DNA of 64,000 bases from Candidatus Paceibacter sp. (GTDB lineage: Bacteria > Patescibacteriota > Minisyncoccia > UBA9983): assembly GCA_013360865.1 (NCBI GenBank), contig JABWAS010000005.1:507-64506 (forward strand). Reading direction: 5' to 3'. Positions 1-9,634 of the stretch are shown piece by piece. The notes under the pieces were generated by a model. The model was not told the DNA's origin, made no database searches, and saw only the letters and a program-made list of their open reading frames with translations. Within the stretch, counting starts at the first letter, position 1; every line of letters starts with the position of its first letter. A program made the position numbers and the translations under genes.

Positions 1-2
1 AA

Positions 3-50
3 AAGGCCGTGGTTTACCTGAAAAAGGGGGAGAAAATAAATATCGCGTAA
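3..50 (+). CDS. rplW: 50S ribosomal protein L23, 3' end (partial)
   Basis: Reads KAVVYLKKGEKINIA* immediately before rplB. Confidence 0.85.
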   Translation, partial: KAVVYLKKGEKINIA

Positions 51-54
51 TAAA

Positions 55-888
55 ATGAAATTTTTTAAGCCGACAACTCCATCAAGAAGGCAAATGTCAG
101 TGATATCTTATCGCGATGTTTTGACTCGTTCCAAACCGGAAAAAAGCCTGACGAAAGGATTTAAAAGAGGAACCGGCAGAAATTCCGCCGGCAGGATAAC
201 GGTAAGGCACAAGGGCGGCGGCGTTAAAAGGTGCTACCGCGAAATTGATTTCCGGCTGAACAAGAAAGAAATTCCCGCCGTGGTAAAATCCGTGGAATAC
301 GATCCGAACAGAAGCGGTTTCATCGGCCTGGTTACTTACGCCGACGGAGAGAAGAGATACGCTTTATTGCCGGTAGGATTGAGGCCGGGGGAGAAAATAA
401 TCGCTTCGGAAAACGCCGAGGTAAAATCGGGAAACCGTCTCCCGCTTAAAAAAATACCGGTCGGAACTTTCATATATAATATAGAAATATTGCCCAATTC
501 CGGCGCCAAACTGGTCCGGTCGGCCGGCAGTTTCGCCGAACTTTTGGCGCACGACGGCGGCTACGCTCTTTTGAAGATGCCTTCAACCGAAGTAAGGAAA
601 ATACCGGATTCCGCGTGGGCCAGCATCGGCCAGGTTTCCAACGAGGAATATAAGCTTAGAAATTTCGGAAAAGCCGGCCGCTCCAGGTGGCTTGGCATGA
701 GGCCGAAGGTCAGAGGCACCGCCATGAACCCGGTGGATCACCCGCTGGGCGGAGGAGAAGGCAGACAGCCGGCCGGCATGAGCAGGGTAAAGAACATGTG
801 GGGCAAGGGCATAAGAGGGGTAAAGACCAGAACGCCCAAAAAATATTCCAACGTATTCGTGGTTTCCAGAAGAAAGAAAAAGAAATAG
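55..888 (+). CDS. rplB: 50S ribosomal protein L2
   Basis: GRNSAGRITVRH, EYDPNRS, AMNPVDHPLGGGEG motifs. Confidence 0.99.
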   Translation: MKFFKPTTPSRRQMSVISYRDVLTRSKPEKSLTKGFKRGTGRNSAGRITVRHKGGGVKRCYREIDFRLNKKEIPAVVKSVEYDPNRSGFIGLVTYADGEKRYALLPVGLRPGEKIIASENAEVKSGNRLPLKKIPVGTFIYNIEILPNSGAKLVRSAGSFAELLAHDGGYALLKMPSTEVRKIPDSAWASIGQVSNEEYKLRNFGKAGRSRWLGMRPKVRGTAMNPVDHPLGGGEGRQPAGMSRVKNMWGKGIRGVKTRTPKKYSNVFVVSRRKKKK

Positions 889-1037
889 TAATGGCTTGGC
901 CTGAATTTTACGAGTTTTGCGAAGTAAAATTTAGTCGCCAAACATTACCCCGCACATAATTTATTAATATAGTTGCGTTGCGGGTAATTAAAAGATAAGG
1001 TAATATTTTGAAAATTATACAGAATTATTAGGCAAAC
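889..1037 (+). repeat. Modular intergenic repeat, copy 1 (modules A+B)
   Basis: TAATGGCTTGGCCTGAATTTTACGAGTTTTGCGAAGT... shared with 1378 and (reverse strand) 58224. Confidence 0.9.
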
Positions 1038-1038
1038 A

Positions 1039-1380
1039 ATGAGCAGAAGTCTTAAAAAAGGTCCGTATATAGATCCCAAATTGCTTAAAAAAATAAGCGT
1101 TCTTAAACCTATGGACGGAACCGTCGTCAAAACCTGGTCGCGGGATTCCCAAATATCGCCGGAAATGATAGGTTTTACTTTCGGCGTTCATAACGGCAAA
1201 GACTTCATCCCCGTCACCATAACCGAAGAAATGATCGGCCACCGGCTCGGTGAGTTCAGTCCGACCAGGAAGTTCGTCAAGCACGGCGGCAAGATGCAGA
1301 GGGAAATAGAAGCCAAGAAAAAAGAGTCGGAAATAGCCGCGGCGCAAGCGGCCAAGGCGGCGCCGGCGGAAAAGAAGTAA
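1039..1380 (+). CDS. rpsS: 30S ribosomal protein S19
   Basis: [26 protein letters not shown]. Confidence 0.99.
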   Translation: MSRSLKKGPYIDPKLLKKISVLKPMDGTVVKTWSRDSQISPEMIGFTFGVHNGKDFIPVTITEEMIGHRLGEFSPTRKFVKHGGKMQREIEAKKKESEIAAAQAAKAAPAEKK

Positions 1381-1579
1381 TGGCTTGGCCTAAATTTTAC
1401 GAGTTTTGCGAAGTAAAATTTAGTCGCCAAACATTACCCGCCTAAGTTTTTAGGCGGATTGACAAAAGAAAAGTTTACAAGCGTTAAAAATTAAGTAGTA
1501 TATTAGAGTTATATTTAAACAAAAACTTGGGCGGGTGCGCAATTTTATAATTGCTCGCAGACTCGCAAACAAAATTGGC
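1378..1579 (+). repeat. Modular intergenic repeat, copy 2 (modules A+C)
   Basis: First ~60 bp nearly identical to copy 1; 3' module GGTGCGCAATTTT...GCTCGCAGACTCGCAAACAAAATTGGC shared with copy 3. Confidence 0.9.
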
Positions 1580-1915
1580 ATGAAAGAAGTAAAAGCACAA
1601 TTGAATAATTACCGCGCTTCTCCGAGAAAGGTGAGGGTTGTCGCCAATCTCGTCGCCGGCAAAAAAGTCAAAGACGCTCTGACGCAGCTTGCTTTTTTGG
1701 CCAAAAAATCATCAACTCCCGTTGCCAAGCTTATAAAATCTGCTATAAATAACGCGAAGAATAATTTTAAAGTCCAGAACGAAGACTCCTTAAGAGTCAA
1801 AAAGATAACCGTTGACCCCGGCCCGATTCTCAAGAGGATAAGACCCCGGTCAAGAGGCATGGCCAACAGAATCAACAAAAGAACAAGCCGGATAACAGTC
1901 GTTCTTTCCGAATAA
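1580..1915 (+). CDS. rplV: 50S ribosomal protein L22
   Basis: SPRKVRVVA, GPILKRIRPRSRG, KRTSRITV; ATG at 1580 preferred. Confidence 0.98.
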   Translation: MKEVKAQLNNYRASPRKVRVVANLVAGKKVKDALTQLAFLAKKSSTPVAKLIKSAINNAKNNFKVQNEDSLRVKKITVDPGPILKRIRPRSRGMANRINKRTSRITVVLSE

Positions 1916-1920
1916 TTACC

Positions 1921-2577
1921 ATGAGTAAAACAGTCCATCCATATTCATTCAGGCTCGGCATATTGCGAAATTGGAGGTCGCGCTGGTTCAGTCCGGGCAA
2001 ATATCGCTTCTTGCTCAAAGCGGACGTCTTGGTGCGGGAGAGTTTGGAAAAATCATTGAGAGGAATGTTCGTTGAGGGCATAGAAATAGAAAGGACCCCG
2101 GCGGTGTTCCACGTGATAATCAAAACTTCCCGACCCGGTTTGCTCATCGGCAGAAAAGGCGAGGGAACGGAAAAGATAAAGGCCCAAATACTGAAAATGG
2201 TAAAAAAAATCGGCGGCGAGATGCCCAAAGAGCTGAAGCTTACCGTGGAGGAAGTTCCGCATCCTGATTCCAGCGCCAAGATTTTGTCCCAGATGGCCGC
2301 GGAAAGCCTTGAGAAAAGAACGCCGTTCCGCCGGGTGATGAAGCAGACAATTGAGAAAGGAATGGCCAGCCCCGCGGTCAAGGGCGTCAAGGTGGCGATG
2401 TCAGGCCGGTTGGACGGTTCCGAAATGGGCCGGCGGGAGTGGTTGCGCAAAGGCAGGATACCGCTTCAGACGCTCCGCGCGGACATAGATTTCGCCAGAG
2501 AAAAAGCCCATTTGCCTTACGGCGACATCGGCATAAAGGTCTGGGTTTATAAGGGCGAGAAATTTGCCGAAAAATAA
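1921..2577 (+). CDS. rpsC: 30S ribosomal protein S3
   Basis: VHPYSFRLG, SGRLDGSE, GRIPLQTLRADID. Confidence 0.99.
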   Translation: MSKTVHPYSFRLGILRNWRSRWFSPGKYRFLLKADVLVRESLEKSLRGMFVEGIEIERTPAVFHVIIKTSRPGLLIGRKGEGTEKIKAQILKMVKKIGGEMPKELKLTVEEVPHPDSSAKILSQMAAESLEKRTPFRRVMKQTIEKGMASPAVKGVKVAMSGRLDGSEMGRREWLRKGRIPLQTLRADIDFAREKAHLPYGDIGIKVWVYKGEKFAEK

Positions 2578-2579
2578 CC

Positions 2580-2996
2580 ATGTATTTTCCCAAAAAAGTA
2601 AAATATAGAAAATGGCACCGGATGAGGGAGAACCCTCTGAAGAAAAAACTGGCCACCAGGGGAAACGAACTTGATTTCGGCTCTTTCGGACTGATGGCGC
2701 AGGAAGCCCAGGAGATAAAGTCCAACCAGCTGGAGGCCGCCAGGAAGACGATGGCCCGTTTTACCCAAAATGCCGGAAAAATCTGGATCAGAATTTTCGC
2801 CGACATGCCCATTACCAGAAAACCGCTTGAAGTGGGTATGGGTAAAGGCAAAGGAGATCCGGCGTTCTTCGTTTCCAGGGTCAGGCCGGGCACGGTGATA
2901 TTTGAGATTGACGGTCTGGGCGAGGAGCAAAGCCGCGAAGCTTTGAGAAAAGGAGCTTCAAAATTGCCGGTGAAAACAAAAATTATCAGTAGATAA
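2580..2996 (+). CDS. rplP: 50S ribosomal protein L16
   Basis: PKKVKYRKWHR, MGKGKG, KLPVKTK. Confidence 0.99.
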   Translation: MYFPKKVKYRKWHRMRENPLKKKLATRGNELDFGSFGLMAQEAQEIKSNQLEAARKTMARFTQNAGKIWIRIFADMPITRKPLEVGMGKGKGDPAFFVSRVRPGTVIFEIDGLGEEQSREALRKGASKLPVKTKIISR

Positions 2997-2999
2997 TTT

Positions 3000-3115
3000 T
3001 TGTAAATCCGAAACAATATCAAAAATTAAAATCCAAATGACAAAAAGTTTAAAATTTAAAATTTAAAAAATTAGAATTTGTTTCGAATTTCGATATTAGG
3101 ATTTAGAATTTAATT
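3000..3115. repeat. AT-rich ~7-mer periodic, imperfectly palindromic spacer at the usual rpmC position
   Basis: AAATCCGAAACAA...TTAGAATTTGTTTCGAATTTCGATATTAGGATTTAGAATTT; no L29-sized ORF. Confidence 0.6.
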
Positions 3116-3121
3116 AAAGTT

Positions 3122-3355
3122 ATGCCAAAGAAAAAATTAAAAGGAATAGTGGTATCCGACGCGATGGAAAAGACCGTGGTTGTTTCCGTTGACCGCTACG
3201 TCAAACATCCCAAATACAAAAAATATCTGAAAAGAAGCAAAAGATACAAAGCCCACGATGAGAAGGAACAATACAACGTCGGGGACAAGGTCGTAATTCA
3301 GGAATGCAGACCGCTTTCAAAAGACAAACACTTTGAAGTGACGGGAAAAATTTAA
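3122..3355 (+). CDS. rpsQ: 30S ribosomal protein S17
   Basis: GIVVSDAMEKTVVV, KAHDE, ECRPLSKDK. Confidence 0.99.
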   Translation: MPKKKLKGIVVSDAMEKTVVVSVDRYVKHPKYKKYLKRSKRYKAHDEKEQYNVGDKVVIQECRPLSKDKHFEVTGKI

Positions 3356-3359
3356 TTTT

Positions 3360-3731
3360 ATGATCCAACTTAGAACAATGGTGAATATCGCCGACAATAC
3401 CGGAGCGAAACTGGCCCAGGTATTTCAGGTATTGGGCGGCAGCAAAAGAAGATACGCCCGGATAGGGGATATCGTCGTCGTTTCCATAAAAGCCGCCGAG
3501 CCGCGCAAACAGGTCAAGAAAAAAGAAGTTCATCACGCTCTGGTCGTGCGCCAGAGAAACCCGTATCGCAGAAAAGACGGCTCTTACGTCCGCTTTGACG
3601 ACAACGCCATTGTTATTTTGGACAAAGCCAAGCACGAGCCGCTGGGAGGGAGAGTTTTCGGGCCCATTCCGAGAGAAATCCAGGAAAGGGGCTACTCCCA
3701 AATTATTTCTTTGGCGCCGGAAGTGGTGTAA
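3360..3731 (+). CDS. rplN: 50S ribosomal protein L14
   Basis: MIQ, ADNTGAK, RFDDNA, SLAPEV. Confidence 0.99.
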   Translation: MIQLRTMVNIADNTGAKLAQVFQVLGGSKRRYARIGDIVVVSIKAAEPRKQVKKKEVHHALVVRQRNPYRRKDGSYVRFDDNAIVILDKAKHEPLGGRVFGPIPREIQERGYSQIISLAPEVV

Positions 3732-3837
3732 GTTCCCGCGCTTCGCTTGGTCAAAATAAAAAATTAAAAATAAAATCTAAAAATAGATAAGGAAAAATAA
3801 GATTTTAAATTTTAGATATAAGATTTTAGATCGAAAC

Positions 3838-4143
3838 ATGATTATTAAAAAAGGAGATACGGTAAAAATATTGTCCGGAAAAGACCGGGGTAAAACGGGG
3901 AAAGTTTCTTCCGCCTTGCCCAAATACGGAAAAATACTGGTTGAGGGCGTCAATATCCGGAAGAAGCATTTAAGGCCGAGAAAGCAAGGGCAGAAAGGAC
4001 AGGTCGCCCAGATTGCTTTCCCCATTTCCGCGTCCGCGGCCATGATTGTCTGCAAAGCCTGCGGCAAACCGGCCAGAGCCGGCCAGAAAATGATCGGCGC
4101 CAAGAAAGTCAGGGTTTGCAAGAAGTGCGGAGGCGAGATGTAG
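3838..4143 (+). CDS. rplX: 50S ribosomal protein L24
   Basis: KKGDTVKILSGKDRGKTG, VEGVN. Confidence 0.98.
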   Translation: MIIKKGDTVKILSGKDRGKTGKVSSALPKYGKILVEGVNIRKKHLRPRKQGQKGQVAQIAFPISASAAMIVCKACGKPARAGQKMIGAKKVRVCKKCGGEM

Positions 4144-4235
4144 AAAGGCGGGCGAAAGTTGCAAAAAAGCCGGAATTATGTTAGTTAAATAGGGTTGCCG
4201 AAACAAAATTAAGGCCGTTGAAGTTGAATTTTAAA

Positions 4236-4772
4236 ATGAAAAACATCAAAGAAAAATACGAAAAGAACGCCGTTCCGGAGCTGAAGAAAAAATTCGGCTA
4301 TAAAAACATACTTGCCGTTCCCAAAATAAAGAAAGTGGTGGTCAGCGCCGGCGTCGGCTCCTACAAGGATGAAACAAAAAAAGAACTGACCGGAAAATCT
4401 TTGGCGACCATAACCGGGCAGAAGCCGCTCGTCAACAAAGCCAAGAAGTCAATCGCTTCCTTCAAGCTGAGGCAGGGGATGCCGATAGGCTACTCCGTCA
4501 CCCTGCGCGGCAATAGAATGTATGATTTTTTGGAGAAGCTTGTAAACGTGGCGGTGCCCAGAATCAGGGACTTCCGCGGGCTTGATCCGAAAGCGATAGA
4601 CCACAAAGGTTCGATGACGATAGGCTTCAAAGAGCACATCGCTTTTCCGGAAACAGCCGGGGAAGACGTGCGGTCGGCGTTCGGGCTGGGAGTAACGGTG
4701 GTGTCCAGCGCCAAAAGCAAAGAAGAAGCGGCGGAATTATTTAAACTCGTAGGTTTTCCGTTTAAGGTATAA
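4236..4772 (+). CDS. rplE: 50S ribosomal protein L5
   Basis: [23 protein letters not shown]. Confidence 0.99.
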   Translation: MKNIKEKYEKNAVPELKKKFGYKNILAVPKIKKVVVSAGVGSYKDETKKELTGKSLATITGQKPLVNKAKKSIASFKLRQGMPIGYSVTLRGNRMYDFLEKLVNVAVPRIRDFRGLDPKAIDHKGSMTIGFKEHIAFPETAGEDVRSAFGLGVTVVSSAKSKEEAAELFKLVGFPFKV

Positions 4773-4786
4773 TATATATCAACGAC

Positions 4787-4972
4787 ATGGCAAAAACATC
4801 AGTAATAGCAAGATCAAAAAAAGCGCCCAAATACAAATCCCGAGTGGTCAGACGGTGTTTCCGCTGCGGCAGAAAAAGGGGTTATATGAGGGATTTTGAC
4901 TTGTGCAGAATCTGCTTCCGCGAACTGGCCAACGAAGGCATGATCCCCGGAGTTAAGAAATCATCGTGGTAA
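4787..4972 (+). CDS. rpsN: 30S ribosomal protein S14 (zinc type)
   Basis: RCFRCGR...CRICFRELA. Confidence 0.98.
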   Translation: MAKTSVIARSKKAPKYKSRVVRRCFRCGRKRGYMRDFDLCRICFRELANEGMIPGVKKSSW

Positions 4973-4976
4973 AAAT

Positions 4977-5366
4977 ATGGATACAATAGCTAACATGTTG
5001 ACTTTAATAAGAAACGCCCAGACAGCCGGCAAACATACGGTTTCTGTTCCTTATTCCAAAATAAAAATGGCCATAGCCGAAATTTTGACGAAAGAGAATT
5101 TCATCAAAGAAGCCGACCATAAGGGCAAGAAAACGAAAAAGACCATAGATATAATTTTAAATTACGGCGATTCCGGCAAGCCCGCCATCAACAGCATTAA
5201 AAGGGTGTCAAAACCGTCCAGGAGGATTTACGTTCCGGCTGGGAAAATAAGGCCGGTCAGAAACGGTCTGGGAATCCAGATATTGTCCACCTCCGGCGGA
5301 GTTATGACCGGCAAAGAGGCGAAGGAGAAGAAGGTCGGGGGCGAAGTTTTGTGCGAAGTTTTTTAA
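4977..5366 (+). CDS. rpsH: 30S ribosomal protein S8
   Basis: DTIANMLTLIRNA, RVSKPSRRIY, GGEVLC. Confidence 0.99.
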   Translation: MDTIANMLTLIRNAQTAGKHTVSVPYSKIKMAIAEILTKENFIKEADHKGKKTKKTIDIILNYGDSGKPAINSIKRVSKPSRRIYVPAGKIRPVRNGLGIQILSTSGGVMTGKEAKEKKVGGEVLCEVF

Positions 5367-5374
5367 TTTATAAC

Positions 5375-5920
5375 ATGAGCCACATAGGAAAAAAAGAAAT
5401 AATAATACCGGAAAAAGTGGAAATGTCTTTGAAAGACGGGGTTGTTTCCGTTAAGGGTCCGCTTGGGGAGATAAAAAAAGATTTTAAAACCGATGACGTG
5501 ACCATCGCGATTGAAAATAAGACCGTTTCCTTCAAACTCAAGAAAAATCCCAAAAATAAAGCCATGTGGGGGACCTGCGCGGCTTATGTAAATAACATGA
5601 TAAAAGGTGTCACGGCCGGTTTTGAGAAAAAACTGACCATAGAAGGTATAGGCTATAAGGCACAGACGGAAGGCAACAAACTTTCTTTGACTGTCGGATT
5701 GTCGCACCCTGTAAAATTGGATATCCCGGAAGGCGTAAAGGTGAAAGTGGAGAAAAACCTTATAAGCGTAACCGGTTTTGACAAGGATAAGGTCGGGCAG
5801 TTTTCCGCCGATGTCAGGGCAGTCAAAAAACCGGAGCCGTACAAAGGGACCGGCATCAAATACGAAAACGAAGTTATCAGAAGAAAGGCCGGCAAGAAGG
5901 CGGCCACGGCGGCAGCGTAG
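5375..5920 (+). CDS. rplF: 50S ribosomal protein L6
   Basis: MSHIGKK, VKGPLG, PEPYKGTGI. Confidence 0.99.
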   Translation: MSHIGKKEIIIPEKVEMSLKDGVVSVKGPLGEIKKDFKTDDVTIAIENKTVSFKLKKNPKNKAMWGTCAAYVNNMIKGVTAGFEKKLTIEGIGYKAQTEGNKLSLTVGLSHPVKLDIPEGVKVKVEKNLISVTGFDKDKVGQFSADVRAVKKPEPYKGTGIKYENEVIRRKAGKKAATAAA

Positions 5921-5963
5921 TAATAGGAGTCAGTGGTTAGCCACTAGCCACTAGTAAAAATTC

Positions 5964-6308
5964 ATGAAAAGATTAATTTCAAAAAAAGAAATAAGGCACA
6001 AAAGAATAAGGGCTAAAATCGCCGGAACGGCGGCTAAGCCCCGCCTTTCCGTTTTCCGTTCCAACAGGCATATTTTCGCCCAGCTTATAGACGACGAAAA
6101 GGGCGTCACTTTGGTTTCGGCGGGCGATTTAAAGAAGGGAAGCAAGGTCAAAAAAACCGATTCGGCTAAAAACGTCGGTCTGGAACTGGCCAAAGCGGCC
6201 AAGGCCAAAAAAATAGAAGCGGTTATGTTTGACAGGGGCGGTTTCAGATACCACGGCAGGGTCAGAGCCGTGGCCGAAGGAGCCCGCGAAGGCGGATTGA
6301 AGTTTTAA
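5964..6308 (+). CDS. rplR: 50S ribosomal protein L18
   Basis: [21 protein letters not shown]. Confidence 0.99.
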   Translation: MKRLISKKEIRHKRIRAKIAGTAAKPRLSVFRSNRHIFAQLIDDEKGVTLVSAGDLKKGSKVKKTDSAKNVGLELAKAAKAKKIEAVMFDRGGFRYHGRVRAVAEGAREGGLKF

Positions 6309-6320
6309 TTTTATAAAAAA

Positions 6321-6791
6321 ATGAGCAGACCAAGCAAATTCGGCAGAATGGGCGAAAGAGCGAAAAGCGATTTTGACCAAAAAATAATAGACATAAGGCG
6401 CGTGGCCAGAGTCACCAAAGGAGGAAAGCGGTTTAATTTCCGCGTCACCATCGTGGCCGGCAACAGGAAAGGGGAAGTGGGTGTGGGCATGGGCAAAGGA
6501 TCGGACACCTCCATGGCCATAGAAAAAGCTTTCCGCGTGGCCAAGAAGAATATCATCAAGCCTAAGCTTACGAAAGAATTTTCCATCCCTTGCGAGCTTG
6601 AGAACAAATACGCCAGCAGCCGCGTGGTTGTCCGGCCGGCGAAAGGCCGGGGACTGGTGGCCGGAAGCTCAGCCCGGACGGTGCTGGAGTTGGCGGGGAT
6701 AAAAGACGTCAACGCCAAGTTTTATTCCCGAAGCAAAAACAAGGTCAACAACGCCATGGCGGTGCTCGGAGCGCTGGGCAAGCTTTCCTAA
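6321..6791 (+). CDS. rpsE: 30S ribosomal protein S5
   Basis: RVARVTKGGKRF, VLELAGIKD. Confidence 0.99.
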   Translation: MSRPSKFGRMGERAKSDFDQKIIDIRRVARVTKGGKRFNFRVTIVAGNRKGEVGVGMGKGSDTSMAIEKAFRVAKKNIIKPKLTKEFSIPCELENKYASSRVVVRPAKGRGLVAGSSARTVLELAGIKDVNAKFYSRSKNKVNNAMAVLGALGKLS

Positions 6792-6795
6792 AAAT

Positions 6796-7233
6796 ATGCA
6801 AACAAACCAATTAAAACCGAATACAAGAAACAAGAAGGCCAAATACATCGGGCGCGGCGGCAAAAGGGGTACCTACTCCGGCCGGGGCATCAAAGGCCAG
6901 AAAGCCAGAGCCGGCAGAAAGTTGCGTCCGGAAATAAGGGACCTGATTAAAAAGCTGCCTAAGAAAAGAGGTTATAGATTTACGGTTTTTCAGGAAAAAC
7001 CGGCGGTGCTGAACCTGGAAGTCGTCAATAAGTTTTTCAACGACAACGATCAGGTTAATCCTCAAGCCATGGCGGACAAAGGATTGATTAGGAACATCGG
7101 AGGAAAAATTCCTGCGGTAAAGATTCTCGGCAAGGGAGAAATAACCAAAAAAGTTTCCGTATCCGGTTGTCTGATTTCGGAATCGGCCAAAGCTAAACTG
7201 GAAAAAGCCGGCGCCAAGTATTCCAATGCTTAA
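6796..7233 (+). CDS. rplO: 50S ribosomal protein L15
   Basis: GRGGKRGTYSGRGIKGQKAR, VKILGKG. Confidence 0.98.
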   Translation: MQTNQLKPNTRNKKAKYIGRGGKRGTYSGRGIKGQKARAGRKLRPEIRDLIKKLPKKRGYRFTVFQEKPAVLNLEVVNKFFNDNDQVNPQAMADKGLIRNIGGKIPAVKILGKGEITKKVSVSGCLISESAKAKLEKAGAKYSNA

Positions 7234-8488
7234 CAGAATAAAAATAATCCTGAAAGACAAAGAATTGCGCAAAAAGATTTTGTTCGTTCTTTTTATGCTC
7301 GCGCTGTTCAGAATCGGCTCCAACATCCCCCTTCCGGGAGTGGACCAGGAAAGGTTGAGCGCGTTTTTGTCCGGCAACCAGTTCTTCGGTTTGCTGGATG
7401 TTTTTTCCGGAGGAGGACTTTCCAATCTTTCCATACTAATGCTGGGCGTGGCGCCTTACATCACCGCTTCCATCATAATGCAGCTGTTTACCATGATTTT
7501 CCCCAAACTCAAAGCGTTGTATCAGGAGGAAGGGGAGGCGGGTAGACAGAAGTTCAACCAGTACTCCAGGCTGCTGGCGGTGCCGCTGGGATTTTTGCAG
7601 GGTTTTGGTCTTCTGGCGATGCTGCAGAATCAGGGCGTGCTTACCGGCCTTACTTTTATGGATAAATTTACCAATATTTCCGTGATGATAGCCGGCAGTA
7701 TGGTGTTGTTGTGGCTGGGCGAGCTTATTTCGGAAAAAGGCATAGGCAACGGAGTTTCGCTTATAATATTTGCCGGAATCGTGTCGTCTTTGCCGCAAAG
7801 CATCAGAAACGCGCTGTATACGTTTGACCCGTCCCAGTTGCCGATGTACGTCATGTTTTTGGCCGCCGCGTTCGCTGTAGTCGCCGGAGTGGTGTTTATA
7901 ACCGAGGCGGAAAGGCCGGTGCCCGTTTCTTACGCCAAGCAAGTAAGAGGCGCGCGAATGTATGGCGGAGGCTCAACCAGAATACCATTGAGAGTCAATC
8001 AGGCGGGTGTTATACCCATAATCTTTGCCATCTCCATACTTCTTTTCCCGCAGATGATCGTTAACATGTTGGCGGGGTTGGGCGGCGGACAGGTCGCGGC
8101 TTTGGCCGGGCAGGTGGTTAATTTCATCAACAGCCCCTGGGTTTACGGAACGCTTTATTTTATCCTGGTTTTCTTCTTCACTTATTTTTACACCGCCGTC
8201 ACTTTTGATCCGCACATGATTTCTGAAAATTTACAGAAGGGAGGCGCTTTCGTGCCGGGCATTCGGCCGGGTCGGCCGACGGCGGAATTTCTGGGCAGGA
8301 TAATCACCAGAATCACCCTTGTCGGCGCCGTGTTTCTGGGAATAATCGCCATCCTTCCATTGGCGGTGAAATCTTTGACGGGAATCGCGTCGCTGGCCAT
8401 AGGCGGCACCGCGTTGCTGATCGTGGTTTCCGTTGTTCTGGAAACGGCCAAACAGATAGAAGCCCAGGTGGTGATGAAGGAATACTAA
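7226..8488 (+). CDS. secY: Preprotein translocase SecY
   Basis: PYITASIIMQL, GIGNGVSLIIF, PGIRPG; multiple TM segments. Confidence 0.99.
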   Translation: MLNRIKIILKDKELRKKILFVLFMLALFRIGSNIPLPGVDQERLSAFLSGNQFFGLLDVFSGGGLSNLSILMLGVAPYITASIIMQLFTMIFPKLKALYQEEGEAGRQKFNQYSRLLAVPLGFLQGFGLLAMLQNQGVLTGLTFMDKFTNISVMIAGSMVLLWLGELISEKGIGNGVSLIIFAGIVSSLPQSIRNALYTFDPSQLPMYVMFLAAAFAVVAGVVFITEAERPVPVSYAKQVRGARMYGGGSTRIPLRVNQAGVIPIIFAISILLFPQMIVNMLAGLGGGQVAALAGQVVNFINSPWVYGTLYFILVFFFTYFYTAVTFDPHMISENLQKGGAFVPGIRPGRPTAEFLGRIITRITLVGAVFLGIIAILPLAVKSLTGIASLAIGGTALLIVVSVVLETAKQIEAQVVMKEY

Positions 8489-8507
8489 GAAAACTCAAAA
8501 TTTTGGA

Positions 8508-8530
8508 AATCCGCCTTAAGGCGGATTTTG
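8508..8530 (+). terminator. Hairpin after secY (probable terminator)
   Basis: AAATCCGCC-TTAA-GGCGGATTTT. Confidence 0.6.
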
Positions 8531-8665
8531 TGTTAAAAGTTGCGTTGATATTAGTTGAAATGTTAAAATGGAAAAAACGAAAGGCAAGCGCCGTTTAATA
8601 AAAAATTAACGAAACGGGTGGGGTAAGAATAGCCTATTAGGAGAAAAATAAACCAAAAATAAATT

Positions 8666-9040
8666 ATGACGAAACAAAATCAAATTTACAAATGCGAAGT
8701 TTGCGGCGGATTGCTGGAAGTGCTGGTTTCCGGCGGGGAAGACCTGATTTGTTGCGGAGAAAAAATGAAGCTGCTTGAAGAGAAAACCGAAGACGTCGGC
8801 AGAGAAAAGCACGTGCCGGTGATAGAAAAAACCGCCAACGGAATCAAGGTCAAAGTGGGCGCGGCTCCGCATCCTATGGAGGAAAAGCATTACATCCAGT
8901 TTATAGAGGTTATTTACAACGGCAGAAGCTATAAGAAGTTTTTGAAGCCGGGCGACAAACCGGAAGCGGAGTTTGAAGTTCCGGCCGAAGGCGTCGTCGC
9001 CAGGGAACATTGCAACATCCACGGGCTTTGGAAATCATAA
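8666..9040 (+). CDS. dfx: Desulfoferrodoxin (2Fe superoxide reductase)
   Basis: YKCEVCG...[25 protein letters not shown]. Confidence 0.95.
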   Translation: MTKQNQIYKCEVCGGLLEVLVSGGEDLICCGEKMKLLEEKTEDVGREKHVPVIEKTANGIKVKVGAAPHPMEEKHYIQFIEVIYNGRSYKKFLKPGDKPEAEFEVPAEGVVAREHCNIHGLWKS

Positions 9041-9634
9041 ATGAAAGAACCAAGAAATTTTCTTCTGATAGGCAGAGCCGGCTGCGGCAAAGGAACGCAG
9101 GCAGAATTACTTTTAAAGTACATGGAAAAGAATTGTTATGGAAAAACCTCGTACATTTACGTCGGCAGCGCCTTAAGGAGTTTTATTAACGATAACAATT
9201 CTTTAACTTCAAAATTAGCCGGCAAAATAATGGAAAAAGGGGACATGGAGCCAAGTTTTCTTGCCGTATGGGCGTTAGCCAATAATTTCATAGAAAAAAT
9301 AAACGAAAACGCGAATATTATAAGCGACGGTTTCCCAAGAAACTTGACGGAAGCAACTATCATTGATGAGGCTATTTTGTTTTACGACCTAAAAAACGTG
9401 TTTCCTGTTTTTATAGAAACAAGCCGAGATTGGTCAAAAGAAAAACTTTTGAAAAGAAAAAGAAACGACGACACGGAAGAAGCGATTAAAAGAAGGCTGG
9501 ATTATTTTGAAGAATTTGTAACACCAGTCATTGATTATTATCAAAATAAAAGTAAATATAAACTGGTAAGAGTGAACGGAGAACAGGGTATAGAAAAAGT
9601 CCACGAAGAAATTATAGACAAGTGTTTTAAATGA
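9041..9634 (+). CDS. adk: Adenylate kinase family NMP kinase
   Basis: GRAGCGKGTQA, DGFPR, RNDD; precedes map. Confidence 0.88.
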   Translation: MKEPRNFLLIGRAGCGKGTQAELLLKYMEKNCYGKTSYIYVGSALRSFINDNNSLTSKLAGKIMEKGDMEPSFLAVWALANNFIEKINENANIISDGFPRNLTEATIIDEAILFYDLKNVFPVFIETSRDWSKEKLLKRKRNDDTEEAIKRRLDYFEEFVTPVIDYYQNKSKYKLVRVNGEQGIEKVHEEIIDKCFK

